From Candidatus Poribacteria bacterium (GTDB lineage Bacteria > Poribacteria > WGA-4E > WGA-3G), in NCBI GenBank assembly GCA_965198235.1, contig OZ240248.1, forward strand, positions 768,001-832,000: a stretch of DNA of 64,000 nt, in the 5' to 3' direction. Made by a program: the position numbers and the translations under genes. A model generated the notes under the pieces. That model had not been told where the DNA came from. It ran no database searches and saw nothing but the letters and a program-made list of their open reading frames with translations. This document shows positions 10,209 to 19,862 of the stretch, piece by piece (position 1 is the first letter of the stretch; every line of letters begins with the position of its first letter).

Positions 10209-12152
10209 ATGAAACACCCTTCAAAAAGCCCTATTACGCTACGCGCAACACTGATCGGTATCCTTCTCATTCCCTTTAATAGCTACTGGGTTCTACATCT
10301 CAGTTATATCTGGGATTCCAACCGACCTACAAGTTTGGCATTACTGTTTAATGTCCTATTTACGTTGCTTGTCCTTATCGGGTTCAGCGCGGTCCTGCGT
10401 CGTTTACGCCCAACACTGGCGTTTACACAGAGCGAATTGTTAACCATCTATGCGATGCTGTGCCAAGCCTCCGTTTTCGCAGGGCGCGATATGCTACAAG
10501 TCTTGGTGCCGTTAATGGGTAACGGCTTTTGGTACGCAACAACCGAAAACGAATGGGCACAACTTTTCCATCAACACCTCCCTGAATGGCTTGTCGTTGG
10601 CAAACAAGAGATACTGCAAGGCTTCTACAAAGGCGAATCCACATTCTATCTTCAGACAAACATACAGGCATGGTTGCTGCCAACACTGATCTGGGTAGGC
10701 TTCTGCCTCGTCATCGGGGTGACAATGCTCTGTCTCAACGTGCTTTTACGCAAGCAGTGGCAGGAACATGAACGACTCACCTATCCGATCGCACAACTAC
10801 CTTACGAAATCACACGAGCGGCTTCAAATGTAGGAAACCCCCTGCGAACTACGTCTCATCTATTTTTTAATAAACGGATGATGACTGTCGGCTTATGTAT
10901 CGCTGCTGTACTGAACCTTCTCTATAGTTTACACCAAATCGATCCTGTTTTCCCTACAATTCCGCTGTATCGCGGGTTCCGACTTCCCGATAAGCCGTGG
11001 AGCGCAATGAACAATCCCGGTTTCCGTATCAGTTTCTTCCCGTTTGCAATTGGCGTAGGTTTCCTAATCCCGCTGGATTTAGGGTTTTCCTGCTGGTTCT
11101 TTCACCTATTTTGGCACTTCCAACGGATCGTCGGTGAGATGTTCGGTTGGCGAGGGGCTATCGGATTTCCGCGAGAAATGGCGCAAATCCGAGGTGTATG
11201 GATAGCCCTATTTCTCTGGACATTATGGATGGGACGCGCACATGTCAAGGTAGTGCTGCAGACGATTTTCAGTAACCGATCCCCTACTACTAATGACGAA
11301 GGTGAAGCGTTACGCTACAGAACAGCCGGAATCGGGGTATTTGTCGGATTTATCTTAATTATGGCGTTCTGCCTCAAGGCAGGGATGTCGCTCTGGTTTG
11401 CCGGTCTATTTTTCGCGCTCTATTTCGCGATGTCGGTGACAATCACCCGCATTCGCGCCGAATTGGGACCGCCTGCGCACGACCTTTACAACGCCGGTCC
11501 AGACTTGCTCTTGACAGATGCACTCGGCACACGGCGCATCGGAAATCGGAATCTCTCGGTGATGTCGCTCTTTTTCTGGCTGAACCACCTCTCTTATCGC
11601 GCGCATCCGATGCCGCACCAATTGGAGGGATTCAAACTCGCACATCAAACCCGTTTCAACCCCACCCAACTGCTGTGGGTATTAGCGATCGCGATTTTTG
11701 TAGGCGCACTCTCTGCAGCTTGGGGGCATCTGCACCTCTCCTACCAAGTCGGCTTAGAACAAGCACGTTCATGGTATGCCCGCGCCGCGTTCAACAGGCT
11801 CGCAGGGTGGCTTTATAATCCGAGCGAAACGAGTCTCAGCGGTATGCTCTATACCACCGGCGGATTTGCTTTCGCCGTCAGCCTTTTGCTCTTGCGATGG
11901 CGATTCGTTCAGTGGCCCCTACACCCCGTCGGTTATGTCGTCTCAAGCTGGTGGACGTTTACTGGACTCTGGTTTCCACTCCTCATCAGTTGGATAATTA
12001 AACGGATCCTTCTCTCAACAGGTGGTGTTCGGTTGTACAGACGTTCAATTCCATTTTTCATCGGTTTGGTTATCGGGGATGTAATAGTTGCTTCTATTAT
12101 TAGCATTCTGGGACTGATTTTCGATTTTCGCGTCGTCTATCTGAGTTGGTGA
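10209..12152 (+). CDS. DUF6785/DUF6784-type multi-TM putative transporter (OPT-like)
   Basis: Motifs ELLTIYAM, QWQEHERLTYPIAQLP, RIRAELG and WPLHPVGY. About 16-18 hydrophobic segments. Confidence 0.75.
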   Translation: MKHPSKSPITLRATLIGILLIPFNSYWVLHLSYIWDSNRPTSLALLFNVLFTLLVLIGFSAVLRRLRPTLAFTQSELLTIYAMLCQASVFAGRDMLQVLVPLMGNGFWYATTENEWAQLFHQHLPEWLVVGKQEILQGFYKGESTFYLQTNIQAWLLPTLIWVGFCLVIGVTMLCLNVLLRKQWQEHERLTYPIAQLPYEITRAASNVGNPLRTTSHLFFNKRMMTVGLCIAAVLNLLYSLHQIDPVFPTIPLYRGFRLPDKPWSAMNNPGFRISFFPFAIGVGFLIPLDLGFSCWFFHLFWHFQRIVGEMFGWRGAIGFPREMAQIRGVWIALFLWTLWMGRAHVKVVLQTIFSNRSPTTNDEGEALRYRTAGIGVFVGFILIMAFCLKAGMSLWFAGLFFALYFAMSVTITRIRAELGPPAHDLYNAGPDLLLTDALGTRRIGNRNLSVMSLFFWLNHLSYRAHPMPHQLEGFKLAHQTRFNPTQLLWVLAIAIFVGALSAAWGHLHLSYQVGLEQARSWYARAAFNRLAGWLYNPSETSLSGMLYTTGGFAFAVSLLLLRWRFVQWPLHPVGYVVSSWWTFTGLWFPLLISWIIKRILLSTGGVRLYRRSIPFFIGLVIGDVIVASIISILGLIFDFRVVYLSW

Positions 12153-12224
12153 TGTTTCCTGACCGGCATATCAAGAACAACCGACATCGAAATTCCATCT
12201 ATGAAACGAAACAGAAATGTAGTC

Positions 12225-12253
12225 TTGAAATTTCCACCTAAACCTGCTATCAT
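12225..12253 (+). promoter_or_regulatory. Sigma70-type promoter of pyrD, probably giving a leaderless mRNA
   Basis: TTGAAA-17 bp-TATCAT with TG two bases upstream of the -10. ATGs follow 5-8 nt downstream and there is no SD. Confidence 0.5.
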
Positions 12254-12258
12254 TATTT

Positions 12259-13191
12259 ATGATGGATATAACAGATTTGTCACTCAGTGTGAATATCGGC
12301 GGGATCCAGATGCGAAACCCCGTCATGACGGCATCTGGCACATTCGGCTACGGCAGTGAATACGTCGATTTCGTGGATCTGAACCAACTCGGTGCGGTGG
12401 TCGTTAAAGGCGTTACGAGTGTGCCGTGGCCCGGCAATCCGATGCAACGCATCATGGAAACCCCGTCCGGCATGCTGAATGCGATCGGACTCCAAAACGT
12501 CGGCGTAGACGGCTTTATCTCGGAGAAGCTACCCTATCTGCGTGATTTTGATGTGCCGGTGATTGTCAACGTCTGTGGCAAGACAGTCGAAGAATACTTG
12601 ATAGTAACCGAGAAACTGAACAGGGCAGATGGCGTTGCTGGTATAGAACTCAATATTTCCTGCCCAAACTTAGACTGTGGCGGTATGAGTTTCGGGGTTG
12701 ATGCGACATTGGCACACCAACTCGTCAAAGAAGTCCGAGCGAAGACCCACCTCCCGCTACTGGTGAAGTTATCCCCGAACGTCACAGATATTACGCTGAT
12801 TGCCCGTGCTGTTGAGGAGGCCGGCGCAAACGCGCTCTCTGCCATCAACACGCTCCTCGGCATGGCGATTAACGCAGAAACACGGAAACCGGAACTCGCA
12901 AACGTGACAGGAGGACTCTCCGGTCCCGCGATAAAGCCGGTGGCATTAAGATTGGTTTGGGAGGTTTACAAAAACGTCTCAATTCCGATCGTTGGCATGG
13001 GAGGCATTATGACTGCGACAGACGCTGTCGAATTTTTCATCGCTGGGTCAACCGCTGTGGCAGTCGGAACGGCGAACTTTGTCAATCCGCAGGCATCAAT
13101 GGAAGTGGTGAAAGGCATCCATGCCTACCTCAAAAATGCAGATATGGTGTCAATTAAGGAATTGGTTGGTAGTCTGCAGGTCGATTCATAA
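12259..13191 (+). CDS. pyrD: Dihydroorotate dehydrogenase family 1 catalytic subunit
   Basis: Motifs NPVMTASGTFG, NAIGLQN, ELNISCPN, VKLSPN and GGLSGPAIKP. Confidence 0.95.
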   Translation: MMDITDLSLSVNIGGIQMRNPVMTASGTFGYGSEYVDFVDLNQLGAVVVKGVTSVPWPGNPMQRIMETPSGMLNAIGLQNVGVDGFISEKLPYLRDFDVPVIVNVCGKTVEEYLIVTEKLNRADGVAGIELNISCPNLDCGGMSFGVDATLAHQLVKEVRAKTHLPLLVKLSPNVTDITLIARAVEEAGANALSAINTLLGMAINAETRKPELANVTGGLSGPAIKPVALRLVWEVYKNVSIPIVGMGGIMTATDAVEFFIAGSTAVAVGTANFVNPQASMEVVKGIHAYLKNADMVSIKELVGSLQVDS

Positions 13192-13260
13192 TCGCTTCTG
13201 AAAAAGATTGTTACATGATAAGGACAAGGCGAACTCAAAACGGACACCCAAAGGAGGAAA

Positions 13261-14340
13261 ATGAGGCATTTGGTAACACTCGACGATTTGTCGAATTTTG
13301 AGATTGAACAAATCTTTAGACTTGCGGCAGGCATGCAGTCACAATTGGAGACATGGGCAGGGATCTGCCGAAGTAAACTGCTGGCAACCCTCTTTTATGA
13401 ACCGAGTACACGGACCCGGCTTTCGTTTGAAAGTGCGATGGAACGGCTCAACGGCGGCACCCTCGGCTTCGCCGATCCACAAGCAACCTCCGTTACTAAA
13501 GGAGAAACGCTCGCCGACACCGCACGGATGGTGACGAACTACGCCGATCTCATTGTCGTGCGGCATAACTGGGCAGGCGCGGCGCGCGTCATCGCGCAGT
13601 ACACACATATCCCAGTCATCAACGGCGGCGATGGGAGTCATACACATCCGACGCAGGCACTCGCGGACCTTTATACCATTATACGGCGAAAATCAAAAAT
13701 AGAAGGATTAACTGTCGGTATTTGCGGAGATCTTCAGTTTGGACGGGCGGCACACTCCTTTGCCCTTGCAGTCGCGCGATTTGGTGGGAACCTGATTCAC
13801 ATCGCGCCGAAACCCCTACAAATGCCACCGTGGGTGCTCGCGCAACTCGAACAGTGCGATGGGCAGATACCTCTTGAGGTAGAAAGTATTACAGAAGTGA
13901 TTGATAGATTGGATGTCATCTATGTCAATCGACTTCAGGAGGAACGGCTCCCGCCGAATATGGATGCTGCTGCCGTACGTGGAAGTTATCTATTGAATGC
14001 GGCAGTTATGAAACATGCCAAACCTGATGCGATGATTATGCATCCACTCCCGCGTGTCAATGAACTCGCCTATGAATTAGACGACGACCCTCGCGCCGCT
14101 TATTTCGAGCAATCCGCGAACGCAGTACCCGTTCGGATGGCACTGATTGCAAGTCTTGTCGGACTGGAGCAGCTTATCTTGACACAACCGCCAGAGCGAG
14201 ACATTGCCGCTTCTACACGTCCGTGTGAAAACACAAACTGCGTTACTAATTACGAGACCTACCTTACTCCTGAACGCGAAACGTTTAAGGGTGATGTTGA
14301 ACTGCACACTTGCGCCTACTGCGGAAATTTGCTCTCGTAA
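13261..14340 (+). CDS. pyrB: Aspartate carbamoyltransferase with a fused C-terminal PyrI-like Zn-binding domain
   Basis: Motifs FYEPSTRTRLSF, HPTQALAD and MHPLPR. The tail reads CENTNCVTN...CAYCG. Confidence 0.93.
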   Translation: MRHLVTLDDLSNFEIEQIFRLAAGMQSQLETWAGICRSKLLATLFYEPSTRTRLSFESAMERLNGGTLGFADPQATSVTKGETLADTARMVTNYADLIVVRHNWAGAARVIAQYTHIPVINGGDGSHTHPTQALADLYTIIRRKSKIEGLTVGICGDLQFGRAAHSFALAVARFGGNLIHIAPKPLQMPPWVLAQLEQCDGQIPLEVESITEVIDRLDVIYVNRLQEERLPPNMDAAAVRGSYLLNAAVMKHAKPDAMIMHPLPRVNELAYELDDDPRAAYFEQSANAVPVRMALIASLVGLEQLILTQPPERDIAASTRPCENTNCVTNYETYLTPERETFKGDVELHTCAYCGNLLS

Positions 14341-14385
14341 GGCGATTACATCCAATTTATACGCTCCTGTGTTGATCCGACCACT

Positions 14386-15177
14386 TCATCGGGGAGGACC
14401 TGGTAACTCCAAAATCAGATCTTCGCGGCGTTCTCCGACTCTGAGTACAAATATCTCCGATGTTGCACAAAGCCCCTTATATTCAACTGACACCCTGTAG
14501 CGGGTTGCCTTCTTCCTATCGACATACTGCACAAAGTACCCTTGAGCATCGGTTTGCACCGACCCTTGGACACCCCCAATATTATTCCCATGTAAATCTT
14601 GTGCTCTTATGTTGATGTCAACCTCTTCGTTTGCTAAGGGTGTGCCGCCTGCAAAAACGATTCTCGCGCGAATTCGCATCCGGAACCGCACGGTGACCTC
14701 TACATTCTCGATTCGCACGCCCGGCGTGATAGAAAAGGTGTTCAGCGTAAAAAAGAGAGGGAGCAAATCATTTGGATGGTAAGTAACATCTCCGATTTTG
14801 ACAGAAAGGAGTTGATATTCCGTCTCAGGAGACAGACCTTTACCATAATCAGGTGCCAGCATGAATCGAAATTCTCCGGGATGAATATCCGTGATGGAGA
14901 ATTGTCCTGCATCATCGGTCTCCGCTTCTAAAGCCGGAGGGTAGGTCCACGCTCCAGTATTATCGTCAACTTTGAACGGTTGAATGACTAAAGCGAGCCC
15001 GGCAACCGGACTTCCATCTTCATCAACAACGCGCCCCGAAAAACCCGCTGTGTCTCCTCCTATCACGGCTTCCGATAACGCAAAGGAAGATGTATCCTCC
15101 GTTTCACTGCAACCCAGTAGGGTGCAAATCACGATCGGAATTACCACAATTCTATACAAAAGGTTTTGGCAATTCAT
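14386..15177 (-). CDS. Lipoprotein with carboxypeptidase-regulatory-like beta-sandwich domains (lectin-less paralogue of the lectin array)
   Basis: Lipobox LLGC. Motifs FSGRVVDEDGSPVAG, RIRARIVFAGGTPLAN and TDAQGYFV are shared with the neighbouring lectin genes. Confidence 0.75.
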   Translation of the reverse strand: MNCQNLLYRIVVIPIVICTLLGCSETEDTSSFALSEAVIGGDTAGFSGRVVDEDGSPVAGLALVIQPFKVDDNTGAWTYPPALEAETDDAGQFSITDIHPGEFRFMLAPDYGKGLSPETEYQLLSVKIGDVTYHPNDLLPLFFTLNTFSITPGVRIENVEVTVRFRMRIRARIVFAGGTPLANEEVDINIRAQDLHGNNIGGVQGSVQTDAQGYFVQYVDRKKATRYRVSVEYKGLCATSEIFVLRVGERREDLILELPGPPR

Positions 15178-15360
15178 AAGCCATCTCCTTTTTACGCGAG
15201 CAGAACGTTCCACACATCCTGCCTAAGTTAGAATATTAAATTGAAAAATATATGCCTAACATTAACGCATCATAGAGTTTGTGGTGAGGATTGACAAATT
15301 AATTGAAAAAATTGGATGGGTGAACCGAATGTTGAACGAAACAACTGTAGATGCAAACTA

Positions 15361-16761
15361 TCATTTATCTTCGACAGGGGAACCGTCGAGCGCACCTGAC
15401 TTTTCGAGGATCGCCATTTTCGTCATACGCCACAAAAGATCACCGGGACCAACGGCATGCCACTGCCCATTCACAAAGGTCATAACAGCACTATCTTTCT
15501 CTTCTGGTGAGAGGGTGCTACGAGGAAATTTATACTTGGATCCCCAATTTTCATAGGTAAGTGGTTCACCGTTCCGCCATACCCATTCGCCCTCTTTTTT
15601 TGCATCGCTGAGTCCGATCCAATAGAGGTGATTCCCAAAGAGTCCTAAAAGCCACTTTTGTTCTGCTTCGTCGTTAATCGCGACGAGATGCGCGCCTTCG
15701 GCGGCGGCGCGGTCGTGCGCATGTTCCAGACTTCTGCACCAAATTTTTATGTAAGCGTGTCCATTTTCGGGGTTTACAGCCCATACGCCGCGCTCGAAAG
15801 GGTGCAACGTGTGCCAAGGCGAGACAGAACGATGGGTTCGAGCAGCGGTAGTTTTATCAGGTGGTGTTAAGACACCCGTTGGCTGAGCATCTGTCTGTTC
15901 ACCAGATGGTGTCTTAACAGGTAGCTCTGCTCTTTCGAGGATTGCCTCTTTGAGAACAGGTGCCCGTTTATCTACGGGCCCAACTGCCTGCCATGTGCCG
16001 CCCCAGTCATAGATGGCGTAATCTTTCACTTCAGTGTTACCACCCTCTTTTTCACGCGCGTTCCAGTTGGTATACGTAACAGGTTCACCACTGTGCCAGA
16101 CCCACTGCCCTTCCTCGGCGACATCGCTGAGTCCGATCCAAAAACTATCTAGTTCAAAGACTCCTTGTATCCATACTTCTTCTGCTTCATCGTTAATGGA
16201 AACAAGATAAGCACCTTCTGTAGCGGCTTGGGTCATCGCATCCATTACATCGTGACAATAAATCTTTTTGTAAGCGTGTCCATTTGCTGGGTTCACTGCC
16301 CACACCGTTGATGGATCGAGAAATGCTTCTAATGTGGTGAATACTTGATTGGGTCTCCATCTATCTGGCGTAACTCGATTGTCATCGAGTGTCAGGAGTA
16401 GATGAACTTCTGGTTGTCCCTTTTGGAAAATAAAAGGTGGGGCTTTCGCGAGATACCCCTGGTATGCAACACCAAGCACATAGAATTCAGACTCGTCATC
16501 CCATTGAAGGGGTTCCACAAAGTATCCTGCGGCATCAGTCTGCGTTGTGCTGCCCGAACTTCCGTAACCACTTGCATCCATATCTCTAGATCGCACAATG
16601 ACATATATATCCGCGTTGGCAAGCGGTGTTCCGTCGGCGTGGACGACCCGCGCGCGAATTTGTGGGCGGTTACCCGCCTGCACTTTAGTGCCAACAGTGA
16701 AAGAGAATGCCACAATCCCGACAAGGATTCCAAGTTTTAGACTGAGACGTTGAAGATTCAT
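15361..16761 (-). CDS. Secreted protein with two C-type lectin-like domains
   Basis: Signal peptide. Two copies of WAVNPxNGHAY...LVxINDEAE..W...WIGLSD...W..GEP.TY.NW. Confidence 0.85.
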   Translation of the reverse strand: MNLQRLSLKLGILVGIVAFSFTVGTKVQAGNRPQIRARVVHADGTPLANADIYVIVRSRDMDASGYGSSGSTTQTDAAGYFVEPLQWDDESEFYVLGVAYQGYLAKAPPFIFQKGQPEVHLLLTLDDNRVTPDRWRPNQVFTTLEAFLDPSTVWAVNPANGHAYKKIYCHDVMDAMTQAATEGAYLVSINDEAEEVWIQGVFELDSFWIGLSDVAEEGQWVWHSGEPVTYTNWNAREKEGGNTEVKDYAIYDWGGTWQAVGPVDKRAPVLKEAILERAELPVKTPSGEQTDAQPTGVLTPPDKTTAARTHRSVSPWHTLHPFERGVWAVNPENGHAYIKIWCRSLEHAHDRAAAEGAHLVAINDEAEQKWLLGLFGNHLYWIGLSDAKKEGEWVWRNGEPLTYENWGSKYKFPRSTLSPEEKDSAVMTFVNGQWHAVGPGDLLWRMTKMAILEKSGALDGSPVEDK

Positions 16762-16820
16762 GTAAATTCTCCTTTTCTGAATGTTGAGACATCAAGTGGA
16801 GATAAATCACAGTCTGACAA

Positions 16821-16880
16821 ATATTATTGTCCATCAAGCCTATCCGGTTTTTCAAGGATTGCCATCTTCGTCATACGCCA
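16821..16880 (-). pseudogene. Orphan 3' end of a deleted C-type lectin paralogue
   Basis: The minus strand encodes WRMTKMAILEKPDRLDGQ*. This matches the WRMTKMAILEK tail of 15361..16761 with only synonymous changes. Confidence 0.7.
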
Positions 16881-16891
16881 GATAACACCAT

Positions 16892-18235
16892 CTACTTATC
16901 TGCAGACTTTGGTGTCAAGGACATCGTAGAAACCAAGCCATCTTTTTCGATGACTGCCCATCGTGCCATACGCCAGAGCGGACTTTCAGGACCAGCCGAC
17001 TGCCACCCGCCTTGTCTAAAGGTGACCACGACATAGTCTTTCTCGGTATCTGGTAGTCTATCAGGGAAACTTGGATGGGTCGCCCAATTGGTGTAGGTGA
17101 CAGGTTCACCGCTATCCCACTGCCATTCTCCCTCTTTTTCCACATCCGTGAGTCCGATCCAAAAGGGTTTGTGTGAAAAAACTACCTCAAGCCAGTGTTG
17201 TTCTGCTTCGTCGTTGATAGAGACGAGGTGCGCGCCTTCCTCAATCGCCTCGCGTTGGGCATCCTGCCAGTCTTCACAATGAACCTTTTTGTAAGCGTGT
17301 CCATTTGTGGGATTAATGATCCACACGCTTATTGCTGGTGGCGGTGCGGGTGGCTCGCGAAATTCAATGTTACCGGGGTCTGGAATGTTATCAGCGGGTG
17401 GTTCGACAGGATCCGGTTTACCTTCAAGCGTTAAGATAATCTCCTCAGGCTGCACGCCGTCCTTGAGAAGAAAGGGACCCGCTCCTGCAGAAAGGTCGTT
17501 ATATTCTACAGACAGTGTATAAAACCCCGGCTCATCCGTATATTCCGTAAAGTAACCGCCGGCATCCGTAAAAAAGTTGGTGCCATAGGTCCCACCATGA
17601 TTCGGACGGAACTCATGACGCTGTTCCATGTCGAGATCTGCTTCGGCGTTAGCAAGAGGCGTACCATCGGCGTAAACAACGCGTCCACGAATCCGAAGCC
17701 GTGGTTTAACGGTAATTTTGACATCTTCAATAATCACACCGGGGTCGAGTGCAAACGTGAGTCCTTCAGAAAAGCCGGGTTCGCCCATATTAAAGACGGT
17801 GACCTTCCCAACTTGAATAGAGTAAATCCTCTTATCCGGCTCAAGGCTACCAAGTCTCATCAATTCCGGTGGAATCTCCTCTTCTGGAGGAAACCTCTCT
17901 GGGTCAAACATCTCAAACGCATCCAGCAAGGGGGCTGGAAGTGCAATTAATTGAACAAGCCCGGGCTGGATATCGCTGACAGTGAAAACCCCCGCCGAAT
18001 CAGTTTCTCCCTTGGATAAAGAGTGTAGGAAATCATGATCCGCGTGGAGAAAGCCGTCGTGTAGTTGTACGGGTTGAATGCCAAATGTGAAGCCAGCGAC
18101 AGCGTTTCCCTCTAAATCGACAACTTTCCCTGAAAGCCCACTAAGTCCTTCTGCCGCTGCTTCAACGCCTGCTCCGACAAACAAAAGTATCAATGCAAGT
18201 ACGACTAACTTTGGTGTAGTACAGTTCCGGTCCAT
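16892..18235 (-). CDS. Secreted protein: beta-sandwich domains plus C-type lectin-like domain
   Basis: GAGGAGG RBS before MDRN, a signal peptide and a Pro-rich linker. Motifs WIINPTNGHAY, FWIGLTD and YTNW. Confidence 0.85.
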   Translation of the reverse strand: MDRNCTTPKLVVLALILLFVGAGVEAAAEGLSGLSGKVVDLEGNAVAGFTFGIQPVQLHDGFLHADHDFLHSLSKGETDSAGVFTVSDIQPGLVQLIALPAPLLDAFEMFDPERFPPEEEIPPELMRLGSLEPDKRIYSIQVGKVTVFNMGEPGFSEGLTFALDPGVIIEDVKITVKPRLRIRGRVVYADGTPLANAEADLDMEQRHEFRPNHGGTYGTNFFTDAGGYFTEYTDEPGFYTLSVEYNDLSAGAGPFLLKDGVQPEEIILTLEGKPDPVEPPADNIPDPGNIEFREPPAPPPAISVWIINPTNGHAYKKVHCEDWQDAQREAIEEGAHLVSINDEAEQHWLEVVFSHKPFWIGLTDVEKEGEWQWDSGEPVTYTNWATHPSFPDRLPDTEKDYVVVTFRQGGWQSAGPESPLWRMARWAVIEKDGLVSTMSLTPKSADK

Positions 18236-18263
18236 GTCAATACCTCCTCGTGTCTTGATGCGC

Positions 18264-19514
18264 TTAACGCTTTTCAATATCGTCGTCCGATTCAGGTGTT
18301 CCAACAGTGAAACGCTCTTTTTCCAGAATCGCCCGTTCCGTCAGGCGTGCGAGAGGATTGCCCTGACGCGTCTCTTGCCACTTTCCTGTCAATCCGATGA
18401 GAACAGCGTAACCCTGGTTCGCCTCACCGTCTTGACCAGACCCTTCACCGCCAGCAGTCTTCTCCGGTTGACTCCAGTTGGTATACGTGACAGGTTCGCC
18501 ATTACCCCAGTGTGGATTCTCCGTTTTTAAAGCGTCGGTCAGTCCAATCCAATAATTTTCTCGTCTAAAAACTTCAAGGAGCCATTCCTGTTCTGCCGCA
18601 TCGTTGATAGCAACGAGATGCGCTCCTTGTTCAACAGCGCGGGTGTGTGCCTCCTCACGGCTTTCGCAATAAATCCTTTTGTAGGCATGCCGGTTTTCAG
18701 GATTGATTGCCCACATACCCTGGCGATCACGGTTCCACGCCGCTTGAAAGCGTTCTCTGTCGGGGACGCGGGCGACTGCCCGATCAGGCTTCGGAGATGC
18801 CTTGCCGTCAAGGGTAAAGACGAGCTTATCGTGACGTTCCCCGTCTTTAAGCAATATCTCCTCGGATTCTGCCGACTGTCCCTGATATCCTACGGAGACA
18901 GTATAATAGGCAGGTTCCCTTACATATTCCACAAAGTAACCATCGGCATCGAGGGCTCTCGTGCCTCCACCACCCCCTTTGCCGCTGCCATCTATGTCGC
19001 GACGTTCTACCCTGATGCCAACTCGTTCATTGCGAAGTGGGGTGCCGTCGGCAGACAGGACGCGTCCGCGAATCCGCATTCTCGGACGAACGATTATCTC
19101 CACATCTTTGACATCTGCTCCCGGTGCAATAGCGAACGTGATACCACCAAAACGACTCTGCCGTTCATCGATATAGAAGGATACACCCTCAATTTTAACA
19201 GCGCGAATTTCATACGCTGCAGCACGAACGGGAAGTAACATCAATTGAACTGAAGGTGAAGTAATCTCGTTAATCAGGAACTCGCCGACTTCATTCGTTT
19301 CAGCTTGTTGAGAAGGAAGAAACACAGGTTCATCTCGGTCCTGAGGTGTGGTCACTCTGAATCCAGGCAGGGCTAACTCGATGCCAGAAACCGGCTTTCC
19401 CGCCTCATCAACAACACGACCGGAAAATGTCGTAGCCGCACTCTGGAGAGACAGTGAAAACAGAAGTACGATACTGCCGATAAAAGTTAGGGAAAGGACA
19501 TAAAAACGGCTCAT
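18264..19514 (-). CDS. Secreted protein: beta-sandwich domains plus C-type lectin-like domain
   Basis: Signal peptide MSRFYVL..SAA. Motifs FSGRVVDEAG, WAINPENRHAY, YWIGLTD and YTNW. Confidence 0.85.
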   Translation of the reverse strand: MSRFYVLSLTFIGSIVLLFSLSLQSAATTFSGRVVDEAGKPVSGIELALPGFRVTTPQDRDEPVFLPSQQAETNEVGEFLINEITSPSVQLMLLPVRAAAYEIRAVKIEGVSFYIDERQSRFGGITFAIAPGADVKDVEIIVRPRMRIRGRVLSADGTPLRNERVGIRVERRDIDGSGKGGGGGTRALDADGYFVEYVREPAYYTVSVGYQGQSAESEEILLKDGERHDKLVFTLDGKASPKPDRAVARVPDRERFQAAWNRDRQGMWAINPENRHAYKRIYCESREEAHTRAVEQGAHLVAINDAAEQEWLLEVFRRENYWIGLTDALKTENPHWGNGEPVTYTNWSQPEKTAGGEGSGQDGEANQGYAVLIGLTGKWQETRQGNPLARLTERAILEKERFTVGTPESDDDIEKR

Positions 19515-19755
19515 TGTGCTGGTCTCCTTTTGTAATTTCAAGGGTTTTGCTCAAAAAGGTTATTGTGCAGGAAACGCACGGAAAATGACTTCAGCCGCGC
19601 GACATCGAACCAAGTCATTGTGAAAATAATAACACGTCTGAGTGCTTGTGTCAATCTTGCGGATATTTAGGTCGAGGACCCATATAGTAGTAAACGATAA
19701 ACTTAAAGCCCCAGTTTACCATTCAATCGCTGTCAATGACCCTATTTTGCAATTG

Positions 19756-19784
19756 TTGACAAAATTTACGGAAAATGGTAACAT
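19756..19784 (+). promoter_or_regulatory. Sigma70-type promoter upstream of dgoD
   Basis: TTGACA-17 bp-TAACAT with an extended TG. Confidence 0.55.
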
Positions 19785-19862
19785 AACATCAAAATTCACA
19801 AAACAATCCGTTTCAAGCGGCGAGGTGCTGCTTGCAAGCCCATATTAATCTGAGGAACCTTA

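Noticed and set aside
14386-19514. Diversity-generating retroelement acting on the C-type lectin genes, with 16821-16880 as template repeat
   Set aside because: There is no reverse transcriptase or avd-like gene in the window. Differences between the orphan tail and the gene are synonymous third-position changes, not adenine-specific.
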